Shown here one piece after another: positions 39,381 through 50,159 of a stretch of 64,000 nt of DNA (position 1 is the stretch's first letter; every line of letters begins with the position of its first letter). The stretch lies in the NCBI GenBank assembly GCA_013334575.1, contig JAAXXG010000001.1:41280-105279 (forward strand), read 5' to 3'. The DNA comes from Candidatus Moraniibacteriota bacterium (GTDB lineage: Bacteria; Patescibacteriota; Minisyncoccia; Moranbacterales; UBA1568). Position numbers and translations under genes: made by a program. The notes under the pieces were generated by a model. It was not told where the DNA came from and ran no database searches. It worked only from the letters and a program-made list of their open reading frames with translations.

Positions 39381-40525
39381 GCGTCCGACGACTGAGCGGA
39401 AGATCGGTCGCCAAGACGGATCGGACGACGTTCGATCGGCCGCTGCTTATGGCAGTCGCGCTACTTCTGGGTATCGGACTGGTGATGGTCGCAAGTGCCG
39501 GGGTGGCATACGGAAACCTCCGGTTCGAGGACGGAGCGTTTTTCCTGAAACGACAGTTTTTCGGAGTGATAGTCGGTGCCGTCGCCCTGTTCGCGTTCCA
39601 GCGAATCCCATACCGATTCTGGAAACGGGTGGCCGTCCCCATGTTCTTCGCCTCGATTGGGCTTCTTATTCTCGTCCTCATTCCCGGGGTCGGAACGTCC
39701 GCCTATGGCGCGGCCCGCTGGATCCAGCTCGGACCCATCCCTCCGTTCCAACCGTCGGAAATCATGAAGCTCTCCCTTATCGCCTATCTGGCGGCATGGT
39801 TTTCCGGCCGCGACCGCGGCGACATTTCCGATTTCTTCGAACACGTCATCCCGTTCCTGCTCATCCTCGGATCGGTCGCGTTTCTTATCCTGAAACAGCC
39901 GGATACCGGGACGCTCGCACTCATGTTCCTCATCGCGCTCTCGATGTTCTTCACGGCTGGCGGCCGACTTTCTCATATCGGGATCATGGTCGGATCGGGC
40001 CTGGCAGGTCTTGCCGTCCTTATCCTGATTGCCCCCTACCGAATGAAGCGCCTGCTCGTCTTTCTCAATCCCGACCACGATCCGACCGGAGCCGGATATC
40101 AGGTCCGGCAAGCGCTTATCGCGCTCGGTTCCGGGGGCCTTTTCGGAGTAGGTCTCGGGCACAGCAGGCAGAAGTTCCTGTATCTCCCGGAGCCGATGAC
40201 CGATTCGATCTTCGCGGTGCTCGGCGAGGAACTCGGCTTCATCGGCTGCATGGCGGTCATCTCGCTCTTCGTCTTTCTCGCGTATCGCGGATATCGCATC
40301 GCCAGGAACGCGCCGGACGAATTCGGCCGGCTCCTCTCGGTTGGCATCGTCTCATGGATCGTCTTTCAGGCATTCGTCAACATTTTCGCGATCAGCGGAC
40401 TGATGCCGCTTACCGGGGTTCCGCTCCCATTCATCAGTTACGGAGGAACTTCGCTGGCGGCGCTTCTCGGAGCGGTCGGCATATTGCTGAACGTCTCGAA
40501 AAACGCTACGATAAAGGGGAAATAG
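39377..40525 (+). CDS. ftsW: Peptidoglycan polymerase FtsW
   Basis: GA.RW, QPSE..K, QPD.G, YQ..Q...[27 protein letters not shown]. Confidence 0.93.
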   Translation: MSVRRLSGRSVAKTDRTTFDRPLLMAVALLLGIGLVMVASAGVAYGNLRFEDGAFFLKRQFFGVIVGAVALFAFQRIPYRFWKRVAVPMFFASIGLLILVLIPGVGTSAYGAARWIQLGPIPPFQPSEIMKLSLIAYLAAWFSGRDRGDISDFFEHVIPFLLILGSVAFLILKQPDTGTLALMFLIALSMFFTAGGRLSHIGIMVGSGLAGLAVLILIAPYRMKRLLVFLNPDHDPTGAGYQVRQALIALGSGGLFGVGLGHSRQKFLYLPEPMTDSIFAVLGEELGFIGCMAVISLFVFLAYRGYRIARNAPDEFGRLLSVGIVSWIVFQAFVNIFAISGLMPLTGVPLPFISYGGTSLAALLGAVGILLNVSKNATIKGK

Positions 40526-40540
40526 AACCGAACGTCCCAT

Positions 40541-41683
40541 ATGCCGAAGCATGAAGCACACCGGAACGAGCTGCGTATCGTTCTTACGGGAGGCCTTACC
40601 GGAGGACATCTTTTCCCGTTGCTCGCCGTCGCGAAGGCCGTCGCGAATCGGTCATCCGTACCGGTCACGTTCCTCTACCTCGGTCCTCCCGGACGTTTCG
40701 GATGCGATGCCGTTCGGAACGAGAACATTCCCGTCCGACCCATCGTAACCGGGAAGCTTCGTCGGTACTTCTCTTTCCGGAACGTCGTAGACCCCTTTAA
40801 GGCCGTTATCGGTTTCGTACAGTCGATTTGGTACCTGTACGCGTTCATGCCGGATGTCGTTTTCGCGAAAGGAGGCGCCGTCTCGGTGCCCGTCTGTCTT
40901 GCGGCCTGGGCACTTCGGATTCCGTTCATGATTCACGATTCGGATGCGGTTCCCGGGGCCGCCAACAGGATGCTTGCCGGATTCGCTTCCAGGATCGCCG
41001 TCGCGTATCCGTCGGCGGCGGGCGAGTTCCCCGTCGAAAAGACCGCCGTCACGGGAAATCCCGTCAGGCCTGAACTGTCGGGCGGGATCGCGTCACGGGC
41101 AGATTCATACTTCGGCTTCGCCTCCGATAAACCGCTCGTACTCGTGCTCGGTGGCAGTCTGGGGGCGAAATCCCTCAACGCGGCGGTGGCCCGCATGCTA
41201 CCCGATGTCATACGCGAGACACAGATCCTACACCAGACCGGGGAGGCGGGATACGCGGAAACGGTCTCTATCGCCGGAGAATACGGCATCAAGGCGGGCC
41301 GGGAAGGATACGTCGTCACCCCGTTTCTTTCCGCTTCGGAACTCGCAGACGCGCTCGTCAGGGCGGATATCGTTATTTCCCGAGCCGGAGCCTCGACCGT
41401 TTCCGAGCTCGCCGCGTTCGGAAAACCCTCCATACTTGTTCCGCTTCCCACCGCCGCGAACGATGAACAGAGAATGAATGCCTATCAGGTGGCGGGCATC
41501 GGCGGGGCTGTCGTCCTCGAGGAATCGAACCTGGGCGAACATATTCTCTCGGCGAAGGTCGATGCGCTTCTTCGTGACGGGAATCTCCGTGAAGCGATGT
41601 CGGAAGCCATCAGGGCCTTTCATAATCCCGCGGCCGCAGATATGCTCGCCGACGGCATCATCGGACTTTCCGCAAACGCATGA
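40541..41683 (+). CDS. murG: MurG GlcNAc transferase
   Basis: TGG.TGGH.FP, KGG..S.P, TGNPVR, GGSLGA, RAGASTVSE. Confidence 0.96.
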   Translation: MPKHEAHRNELRIVLTGGLTGGHLFPLLAVAKAVANRSSVPVTFLYLGPPGRFGCDAVRNENIPVRPIVTGKLRRYFSFRNVVDPFKAVIGFVQSIWYLYAFMPDVVFAKGGAVSVPVCLAAWALRIPFMIHDSDAVPGAANRMLAGFASRIAVAYPSAAGEFPVEKTAVTGNPVRPELSGGIASRADSYFGFASDKPLVLVLGGSLGAKSLNAAVARMLPDVIRETQILHQTGEAGYAETVSIAGEYGIKAGREGYVVTPFLSASELADALVRADIVISRAGASTVSELAAFGKPSILVPLPTAANDEQRMNAYQVAGIGGAVVLEESNLGEHILSAKVDALLRDGNLREAMSEAIRAFHNPAAADMLADGIIGLSANA

Positions 41684-43059
41684 AGATCCATATCGTCGGA
41701 ATAGAAGGAGCCGGGACGTCCGCATTGGCAACCCTGTACGCACGACGGGGTCATGCGGTTACCGGCTCGGATGACGGGGACCGGTTTTATGCGTCCGTAC
41801 TCGAACACGAAAACATTCCCGTTTCGGTCGGATTCGACGCCCAAAACGTTCCCGAAGACGCCGAGCTGGTCGTTTATTCGACGGCGTTCGCGGAGAATCC
41901 CGAAACGGCCAGGGCACGAGACCTCGGTATACGGACCCTGTCGTACCCGGAGGCGATCGGAGAGCTTACCCGCGAATACATGAGCCTGCTCGTCTGCGGA
42001 ACACACGGAAAGACGACTACCTCGGCCATGCTCGCGGAGACATTGCGATCGGCCGGAAAGGATCCGTCCGCCGTCATCGGGAGCCGCGTTCGGGAATGGG
42101 ACGGAAACTCCCTGAGCGGATCCGGCAACCTGTTTGTCCTCGAAGCGGACGAGTATCAGGATAAACTTTCGCTCTATCATCCGTTCGCCGTCATCCTGAC
42201 CAGTGTCGACTGGGATCATCCGGATTTCTTTCCGGACGAGACGTCCTACCGGAAGACGTTTGAACGGTTCGTTTCCAGGATACCGGCACACGGAGTGTTG
42301 GTCTCGTCGTCCGATTCGGCCTCTGTCGTCGCCGTCGCCGAATCGGCGCACTGCCGCCGAATCACCTACGGATTCGACGGAAACGCGGATTACCGTATCG
42401 TTGACCGACATGCGGTCACGGCCGCGGAATCGGGTCCGGAAGGCATACGGCAGCGTTTCTCGATCGAAACCGACGCGGGACCGCTCGGAGTCTACGAGCT
42501 TCGTCTGCCCGGAAAACACAACGCCCAGAATGCCGCCGCCGTCATAGCGCTCGCATCGTATCTCGGGGTCGATCCCGAGGCCGTCCGCTCGGCGCTTGCC
42601 TCGTTCATCGGGACGGCCAGACGAAGCCAGTATGTGGGGGAGTTCAACGGCATCCCGATATACGACGACTACGCGCATCACCCCGAAGAGCTTCGCGCGA
42701 CCATTTCCGCCTTCCGCGACGCGTATCCCGAACACCGACTCGTCGCCGTATTCCACCCGCATACCTTCACCCGTACGGCCGCGCTTCTCTCCGAATTCGC
42801 GCAGGCCTTCGACAACGCCTCGCGAGTGTTGGTTCTCGACATCTACGGTTCGGCCCGCGAGAAACAGGGAGGGGTTTCCTCGGCGGATCTCGTCGCGGGC
42901 ATCAACCGCTACGCGCCAGGAAAGGCGGAGCATATCCCGACGATCCCGGAAGCCGTCTCCCGTCTTCGCGATACCCTTGAAGACGGGGATCTTCTGGTCA
43001 CCTTCGGCGCCGGAGATGTCTGGCACGTAGCCGAGGGGGTAGTCGGAGCGGAAACGTGA
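41680..43059 (+). CDS. murC: UDP-MurNAc--L-alanine ligase
   Basis: GI.G.G.SALA, GTHGKTTTS, EADE, DHPD, DDYAHHP. Confidence 0.96.
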   Translation: MKIHIVGIEGAGTSALATLYARRGHAVTGSDDGDRFYASVLEHENIPVSVGFDAQNVPEDAELVVYSTAFAENPETARARDLGIRTLSYPEAIGELTREYMSLLVCGTHGKTTTSAMLAETLRSAGKDPSAVIGSRVREWDGNSLSGSGNLFVLEADEYQDKLSLYHPFAVILTSVDWDHPDFFPDETSYRKTFERFVSRIPAHGVLVSSSDSASVVAVAESAHCRRITYGFDGNADYRIVDRHAVTAAESGPEGIRQRFSIETDAGPLGVYELRLPGKHNAQNAAAVIALASYLGVDPEAVRSALASFIGTARRSQYVGEFNGIPIYDDYAHHPEELRATISAFRDAYPEHRLVAVFHPHTFTRTAALLSEFAQAFDNASRVLVLDIYGSAREKQGGVSSADLVAGINRYAPGKAEHIPTIPEAVSRLRDTLEDGDLLVTFGAGDVWHVAEGVVGAET

Positions 43060-43071
43060 GCATCGTGCAGG

Positions 43072-44775
43072 ATGATTATGAATGAAGTATTCGAAAATCT
43101 GATAGTGCCGAAACGGATTCGAGAAAGGGATGCTGAAAATACTATCGATTCCTTGGATGTTTCGCCCGTCCGAAGATCTGATATCAAACAGCGCCATGAA
43201 AGCGGCTTGAGTCGGGAATAGTGGACTCGACGGGAAGTCTTGAAGACGCTGGTCGCCTTTCTCGGCGGGGCGGCGGTTTTTAGCGTGTCCGGTTGTGCGC
43301 TTGAAGGAAAAGAGGAAAGGACGGGAAATGATTTCGAAATCGAACGACTCCCGGATGATTTCTGGTTTCGGGTAATCACGAGGATCTACGAGCGCTTCGG
43401 CGAGGATCCGAATCCCATGCAGATCCGCGCTCATGCGATCGTCCGCGCGCTAGGTATCCCGTCGGGGCAGGTATCCGCACTGACATCGACCGAAGCCGCC
43501 GTCCGGACCGATTCGAAAACGGATGAGGTCATCGCGGAGAAACTGACCAACAGGGCCGGCGTCGAAATATTGCCGGAGCATATCTCCTCATCCGATATCC
43601 TCGACCTGTATCCGGACGGTTTGCCGGAAGAAATCAAACAACACCTCGATCCGCGAATCGTGGAGATGTTCGAAGCGCGGTACGAGCATGCCGCGGAGAT
43701 AAAAAGGCTGTACGGAGATACTGAAGACAGAAAAATCGCTTTGAATCAGGAAATCTATTTCAGGCTCCCGGGAGGCATCGACCTCCTGAGTATCGGCTAT
43801 GCGCATACGCCAGAATATCAGGAAATCCATGGTGATTACCTGGAGCGGATTTCAAGGAATGCGTCAGTTATCGCTATTGAAGGGTTTTCGAATTTTCCGT
43901 ACGGGGCAAGTAATGAAGCGCGATATCAAGGGGATGGCAAGGAAGATGGTCATTACGATAGACTCATGCATCGGGCCGTGCGAGCGGGTTTCAAAGGTCT
44001 GTTTGCCGAAGTGGATGCGAGGGATACTCGCGAGGATTGGGAGGTCCTTATGAAAACAGACGAGAGAAATCCGCTTCCGTTCATGGATGATTTTTATGAG
44101 AAATATCTGGCGTATATCCGCAGGGAACACCCGGTTTTGTATGCCGAGATAGGTTCGGAAGATCAATTCCGGAAGCTTCTCCTTCTGCAATTGACTGATC
44201 TGCCTGATAGGGAGGTGATGCGGAGTGGTCGAAGCTATGATGACCGTAGGGCGGTCGGAAGTGATTTCGAGTATGCTCCGGATCCCGAAGGGTTCGAATT
44301 CGGCCAGGTGTTATTTTCCGATGCACTCTCGGCCGTCAAGCTGCACCTTATCGGCAGGCTGATGGCGGACGGAAAAATCAGCAAAGGCCCGATTCTTGAT
44401 TTCGAGGGGGCGGCTCATCTCCCGAACAAGTCGTTCTTTCTCCGTTATCCGGAGTATGCCATGGAGGTTGTTCTGCGGACATTACCTGAACTTATCTCAT
44501 ATCACGCATTCGCTGACATACTCGCGCGGGACCTCGAGCATCCCGACTGGTCGGAAGTCGTTTGGCATATCGCCAAGCTTGCCTTCGCTCGGACAACCGA
44601 CGATCCGGATCGCATAGATTCGTTTTTCTACGACTACCTCGGTGAATACGGCATCGACCCAGAGACGGTCATCCCGTCGGACGAAGAGATACGTGAGATC
44701 ATGAGGCGGAAGAAATACACCGCTACAATCCGAAAGGAGAGTGTCGTCGACTCAAAATCTGGCCGCTCGGACTAG
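43072..44775 (+). pseudogene. Hypothetical membrane/lipoprotein with an in-frame TAG at 43219; the downstream part could start at TTG 43240
   Basis: Open frame from ATG 43072/43078 except for one TAG just before the TRREVLK-hydrophobic-VSGC segment. Confidence 0.5.
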
Positions 44776-44859
44776 GGGTCTTCCGCGATTCCGACGGTTC
44801 CGTATGGTATACTGCGCAATGAAAGTCTCCTCTCGGCAGTAATCCGTCGCCGTTCGCTT

Positions 44860-45870
44860 ATGGAATTCCGAAGCAACGTTCCGCTCGCACACTATACGAC
44901 CTTCCGGATCGGAGGCCCGGCAAAACTCTACGCGGAAGTATCGGACGCAAGCGAGCTCTCGCTCGGATACGAACGCGCGGCGAAGGATCACCTGCCGGTA
45001 TACGTCTTTTCGGGAGGGAGTAACATACTCTTCTCGGACGAAGGATTCCCGGGTCTGATCCTCCGTCTCACGGACGGCGGATTCCGGATCCTTGACGCGG
45101 GACTTGTCTCCGTCGGCGCCGGACGGAAGCTGAACGAGCTTGTTACCGAGTGCTGCAAGTCGGGTTTGTCGGGTCTCGAAAGACTGGCCGGGATTCCCGG
45201 ATCGGTCGGAGGGGCGATCCGAGGAAACGCAGGCGCCTTCGGCGCAGACACGGGGTCGGTCGTCGCATCGGTCAAGGCGCTTGATACGAGGACCGGGATG
45301 GTGCGCGAGTATCAACGGGAGGAATGCGTTTTCGGATACCGGGAAAGTCTATTCAAACGGCATCCCGAACTCGTCGTCCTGTCGGCGGAATTCCGTCTCG
45401 GAACGGGCGCGGACCCGAAGGCCCTGCTTTGGAAGGCGGAATCGGTCCGGCGGGAACGCGAGGAAAAACACTCGCAGGACGCGTTCAGCGCGGGATCTTT
45501 CTTCATGAATCCGGTAGTACTCGACGAACGTCTTCGGGAGGAATTTCGACGGGATTCCGGAAAGGAACCTAAGGACGAGCGGCTTCCTGCGGGATGGATA
45601 ATCGACCAGGTCGGACTTCGCGGGCGAATCATCGGACATGCGAAGGTCAGCGAACAGCACCCGAACTATATCGTGAACACCGGAGGAGCAACCGCGGCGG
45701 AGGTGCTCACCCTCGTCTCGATCGTCAAGCAGAAGGTCCGGGACGAACTCGACATTCAGCTTCAGGCGGAAGTGCAGCTCGTCGGTTTCGGGCACGAATC
45801 AGCCAAACATCGAAGAAAACCGATCGAAAATCAGCCTGCGGATGAAAGCTGGCCGCCGCTCGGTACGTAA
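44860..45870 (+). CDS. murB: UDP-N-acetylenolpyruvoylglucosamine reductase
   Basis: TTFRIGG.A, GGSN, GIPGSVGGA..GNAGAFG, FGYRES, SAGSFF.NP, H.N.IVN. Confidence 0.96.
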   Translation: MEFRSNVPLAHYTTFRIGGPAKLYAEVSDASELSLGYERAAKDHLPVYVFSGGSNILFSDEGFPGLILRLTDGGFRILDAGLVSVGAGRKLNELVTECCKSGLSGLERLAGIPGSVGGAIRGNAGAFGADTGSVVASVKALDTRTGMVREYQREECVFGYRESLFKRHPELVVLSAEFRLGTGADPKALLWKAESVRREREEKHSQDAFSAGSFFMNPVVLDERLREEFRRDSGKEPKDERLPAGWIIDQVGLRGRIIGHAKVSEQHPNYIVNTGGATAAEVLTLVSIVKQKVRDELDIQLQAEVQLVGFGHESAKHRRKPIENQPADESWPPLGT

Positions 45871-45914
45871 GAAGGTCGGGTGTATACTATGGGTGATCAG
45901 TAACGGCACGACGT

Positions 45915-46265
45915 ATGAGAACCACGTTTCTGGCGAAAGATTGTACGATACGCGACAGTGAGCGGGAGTATATCGAGAAGCGCCTTTCGGAGATTTCCGA
46001 CCTGTTCCATACCGATTCGCTCTTCGACGTCGAGGTCGACATGGATAAGAAGGGTTTTTTCCGGGTGGAGGTGAACGTACGGGAGCCTCACGATCTGACC
46101 CGGGCGGAAGAGACCTCAAAGAGCGTGGAAGGGTCTATCGACATGGTTATCGACAAGCTTCGGGTCCAGATCGTCCGCGAGAAGGACCGGAAACGCGACT
46201 TGCAGGAACGTGGCGCACGCTCAATCAAGAAAGGATTGGTCATCGACGATTCCGCAAGGTTCTGA
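45915..46265 (+). CDS. hpf: Ribosome hibernation factor HPF/RaiA
   Basis: REYIEKRL, V.VE, ID...DKL..Q pattern; located upstream of secA. Confidence 0.8.
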   Translation: MRTTFLAKDCTIRDSEREYIEKRLSEISDLFHTDSLFDVEVDMDKKGFFRVEVNVREPHDLTRAEETSKSVEGSIDMVIDKLRVQIVREKDRKRDLQERGARSIKKGLVIDDSARF

Positions 46266-46334
46266 CCGTGTCCCGCGACGGGAAGTTCCGTAGATTCTTT
46301 CGTTAACACTATCCAGCCCGCAAGGAGGTGGGTC

Positions 46335-46832
46335 ATGAGAAACACACGCACAAGAAGGCATCCGATCATCATCGTCGGTGCAGGTGCCGATTTCGAGGAA
46401 ATCGGCCGTGATATCGCGGCACTGTCTCCCGAGCATCTCGTTCCCATATTCGCCGGCATGATCACGCGAATCAGGGAGGAGGGGGACGGAGACGCGGTGC
46501 GGGGAAGAACGCGTCTTTCCGGATTATTGGGGCGCGCGCTTGATGCCGCAGCGGGAGTGCACGCCTGTTTCGTGAGAATCGGATCGGAAGACACGTCGAA
46601 AAGCCGAAAATGGCATTACAGGACATCTCCCGAAAAACTTGGAGCCGGCATTATCGCTCTTCGTTACGATCTGACCGTTCGGGTTCTCCGGTCGATGCTT
46701 GAATCCTTCGCTCATCGGGAAGCGGGGAGGTATCGATCCGCTCTGAAACCGATGCTGATGTTCGTCGCGACGTTCGTGCGCATAGAGCGCTTGTGCACGC
46801 CGTATATCGAACAGGAAAAGAAGGGGGAATGA
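46335..46832 (+). CDS. Hypothetical helical protein with an apparent internal duplication
   Basis: Strong SD AAGGAGGT and a downstream terminator at about 46840-46880. Confidence 0.65.
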   Translation: MRNTRTRRHPIIIVGAGADFEEIGRDIAALSPEHLVPIFAGMITRIREEGDGDAVRGRTRLSGLLGRALDAAAGVHACFVRIGSEDTSKSRKWHYRTSPEKLGAGIIALRYDLTVRVLRSMLESFAHREAGRYRSALKPMLMFVATFVRIERLCTPYIEQEKKGE

Positions 46833-46970
46833 TGGATGATCCCCGTCGCGCCGCATGGCTTTGACGGGGACGTTTTTTGCCTTTAGAATAGGAAAAACGG
46901 AAAGTTTACGTTCCGGAAATGACCGGGACGCTTCCGATGATCCGGTTTCGTCCGCATAACTGTCTCCCGT

Positions 46971-49619
46971 ATGGATTTCATGAAGAAAATGTTCGGATCG
47001 AACGAGCGAGTCATCGCGTCGTTGCGTCCGACCGTCGACGCGATCAATGCGCTCTCGAAGGCGATGGAGGATCTTTCTGACGAGGCCCTGCGCGCGAAGA
47101 CCGAGGAATTCCGCTCACGTCTCGCGAAAGGCGAGACGGAGGGCGACCTCCTGCCGGAAGCGTTCGCGGTCGTCCGCGAAGCGGCTCGACGGGTGATCGG
47201 CGAGCGACATTACGACGTGCAGCTTCTGGGCGGTATCGTACTGCATCAGGGGAAGATCGCGGAGATGCGGACCGGAGAAGGGAAGACGCTCACGTCGACC
47301 TTGCCGGTCTATCTCAACGCGGTTTCCGGAAAAGGGGTGCATGTCGTCACGGTAAACGACTACCTGGCGAAACGGGACGCGAACTGGATGGGTCGGGTAT
47401 TCCATTTCCTCGGGCTTTCCACGGCCTGCATCCTGCAGCAGGGCATCTCGTACCGGTACGAGCCGAACGTGATCGACCGCGACGAAGTGACCGTCGAGGC
47501 CGAAAATCTCGTTCCGGTGACACGTCGGGAGGCTTACGCCGCGGATATCACCTACGGGACGAACAACGAGTTCGGCTTCGACTACCTCCGGGACAACATG
47601 GTCGCAGACCTGGCGGACATGGTTCAGCGGGGACTCAACTTCGCCATCGTCGACGAAGTGGACTCCATCCTGATCGACGAGGCACGGACGCCACTTATCA
47701 TTTCCGCACCCGATTCCGAGTCGACCAAGCTGTACGAGCGGTTCGCTCGGATCGTTCCGCGGCTCCATGCCGAAGAGGACTACGTCCTGGATGAGAAGTT
47801 CCGTTCCGTCACCCTGACCGACAAGGGAATCAGCCGTGTCGAGGAGCTGCTCGGAATGCCGAACCTGTACGGGGAAGGGAATATCCAGTATGTCCACCAT
47901 CTCGAACAGTCGCTTAAGGCCCAGTTCGTCTTCCACCGCGATCGGGACTACGTCGTTCGCGACGGCGAGGTGCTTATCGTGGACGATTTCACGGGCCGGA
48001 TCATGCAGGGACGCCGGTACAGCGAAGGGCTCCATCAGGCGATCGAAGCGAAGGAGGGAGTGACGGTACAGCGCGAATCGCGGACGCTTGCGACCATCAC
48101 GTTCCAGAACTATTTCCGCCTCTACGGAAAGCTGGCCGGAATGACCGGTACCGCATCGACCTCCGCCGAAGAGTTCTCGAAGGTCTACTCGCTCGACGTC
48201 GTCGAAATACCCACGAACCGTCCCATGACGCGTACGGACCTTCCGGATATCATCTACAAGACCGAGGAGGGAAAATTCCGGAAGATCGCGGAGGAGGTGA
48301 AGCGGATACATGAAACCGGGCAACCGGTCCTGATCGGGACGATCGCCATCGAGAAATCGGAATACCTGTCGGCGCTCCTCGAACGCGAGGGTGTCCCGCA
48401 CGAGGTACTGAACGCCAAGCAGCACGAGCGCGAGGCGTCCATCGTCGCGGCCGCGGGCCGAAAGGGCGCGGTCACGATCGCCACGAACATGGCCGGTCGC
48501 GGAACCGACATCAAGCTCGGTGACGGCGTCAGGGAGCTTGGCGGGCTCGTGATCCTCGGGACCGAACGGCACGAGGCGCGTCGCATCGACAATCAGCTGC
48601 GCGGCCGTTCCGGACGCCAGGGCGATCCGGGAATGACGAGATTCTACCTTTCGCTTGAAGACGAGCTCATGCGCCGATTTGCCGGCGACCGGCTCAAGAA
48701 CATGATGAACACGATGGGGCTTCCGGATGACGAACCCATCGAAAGCAAGGCTATCTCGCACATGGTAGAGAGCGCCCAGACGAAGATCGAAGGATTCAAC
48801 TTCGACATCCGCAAGCACGTCCTCGACTACGACGATGTCATGAACCGCCAGCGCGAGGTGATCTATCGTCGTCGGCGCGAAGCCCTTTCGGCATCGGCGA
48901 TGACCGAAGTCACCGAGGACCTGCTTGCCGAGGAATTGGACCGGATCGTCGGGTTCCATTGTGCCGGGAGCGAATCGGAGTGGGCGATCGCGGAAATCGT
49001 CGCCGAAGCGAACGGTATGTATCCCTCCCTCGATGAACGCGCGACCATCGGAAACGTCGAGGCTATCCGGGACGACCGGGCGCTCGACGAGGAAGAGAAG
49101 CGGGCGCAGATCCGGGAACTGATGCTTTTGGAAGGAAAATCCGCGCTATCGAAGAAGGCGGAAGCCGTGCCGACGGAGATCTGGGATAGGATCCAGCGGG
49201 CGCTGTATGTCCAGTCGCTCGACCAGCTGTGGATGAACCACCTCGACGAGATCGAATATCTCCGTCAGGGCATCGGCCTGCGCGGCTACGGGCAGCGCGA
49301 TCCGCTCGTCGAATACAAGCGGGAAGCGTTCAATCTGTTCACGGGACTGCTCGACGCGGTCCGAAAGACCTACCTTCTGACCGTCTTCAAGATCGGCCCC
49401 ATACAGGAAGCGCCCATCGCCGTCGAGCGGAAGAACATCGTCCTCTCGGGCGCTTCGGATTCGGCGGAGCAGTTCTCCGGCTCCGGGGAAGAAGGAAACG
49501 ACCGCTCAAAGGGATCGACCGCCAAGAGCGAACCGCTCCATGCGGACAACGTCATCGGTCGCAACGATCCCTGCCCGTGCGGCTCGGGGAAGAAGTACAA
49601 GAAGTGTTGCGGGAAATAG
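46971..49619 (+). CDS. secA: Protein translocase ATPase SecA
   Basis: MRTGEGKT, VTVNDYLA, DEVDSILIDEARTPLIIS, ATNMAGRGTDI, C-terminal GRNDPCPCGSGKKYKKCCG. Confidence 0.98.
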   Translation: MDFMKKMFGSNERVIASLRPTVDAINALSKAMEDLSDEALRAKTEEFRSRLAKGETEGDLLPEAFAVVREAARRVIGERHYDVQLLGGIVLHQGKIAEMRTGEGKTLTSTLPVYLNAVSGKGVHVVTVNDYLAKRDANWMGRVFHFLGLSTACILQQGISYRYEPNVIDRDEVTVEAENLVPVTRREAYAADITYGTNNEFGFDYLRDNMVADLADMVQRGLNFAIVDEVDSILIDEARTPLIISAPDSESTKLYERFARIVPRLHAEEDYVLDEKFRSVTLTDKGISRVEELLGMPNLYGEGNIQYVHHLEQSLKAQFVFHRDRDYVVRDGEVLIVDDFTGRIMQGRRYSEGLHQAIEAKEGVTVQRESRTLATITFQNYFRLYGKLAGMTGTASTSAEEFSKVYSLDVVEIPTNRPMTRTDLPDIIYKTEEGKFRKIAEEVKRIHETGQPVLIGTIAIEKSEYLSALLEREGVPHEVLNAKQHEREASIVAAAGRKGAVTIATNMAGRGTDIKLGDGVRELGGLVILGTERHEARRIDNQLRGRSGRQGDPGMTRFYLSLEDELMRRFAGDRLKNMMNTMGLPDDEPIESKAISHMVESAQTKIEGFNFDIRKHVLDYDDVMNRQREVIYRRRREALSASAMTEVTEDLLAEELDRIVGFHCAGSESEWAIAEIVAEANGMYPSLDERATIGNVEAIRDDRALDEEEKRAQIRELMLLEGKSALSKKAEAVPTEIWDRIQRALYVQSLDQLWMNHLDEIEYLRQGIGLRGYGQRDPLVEYKREAFNLFTGLLDAVRKTYLLTVFKIGPIQEAPIAVERKNIVLSGASDSAEQFSGSGEEGNDRSKGSTAKSEPLHADNVIGRNDPCPCGSGKKYKKCCGK

Positions 49620-49628
49620 CGAAAAACC

Positions 49629-50159
49629 ATGTCTGCCGAATACATCAGCCTCAAGAATGCGAAACAGGACAAGTTATTCTATTTCGTGGCGAACGTGGTC
49701 GTCTATCGCGAGGCCGACGGAAGATGCCTCATCCTGAAAAGAAGCGAGGCGGAGAAAGTCCATCCCGGCCGCTGGTGCGTTCCCGGAGGGAAGCTCGAGT
49801 GGCACCAGCTTGATCCGACACGACCGACCCGTCGAAATGGAGACGTGCTCGATTACGAGAATGCCGTCGAGGAACTTCTCAGCCGAGAAGTGGAGGAAGA
49901 GGCCGGGATTTCCATACGGAACGGACTCGAATACATCAACAGCGTCGCCTTTATCCGCCCGGATGCCGTACCGGTCATCCTCGTCAAGTTCGCGGCCATA
50001 TATGCAGCCGGAGAGGTACGGATCGAGAAGGGAGCCTTCACCGACTCCGCCTGGGTAAACGCCGAAGAAGTCGGATCGTACGAATGTATCGACGGAATCA
50101 AGGAAGAGGTCGGAAAGACGATCGATCTATTTCGAAAACGCGCTATCGATCGCGTATGA
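49629..50159 (+). CDS. NUDIX hydrolase
   Basis: PGGK ... REVEEEAG Nudix box with an insertion. Confidence 0.85.
   Translation: MSAEYISLKNAKQDKLFYFVANVVVYREADGRCLILKRSEAEKVHPGRWCVPGGKLEWHQLDPTRPTRRNGDVLDYENAVEELLSREVEEEAGISIRNGLEYINSVAFIRPDAVPVILVKFAAIYAAGEVRIEKGAFTDSAWVNAEEVGSYECIDGIKEEVGKTIDLFRKRAIDRV

Noticed and set aside
41620-48959. Long minus-strand ORFs 41620-43434 and 47115-48959
   Set aside because: Shadows of murC and secA
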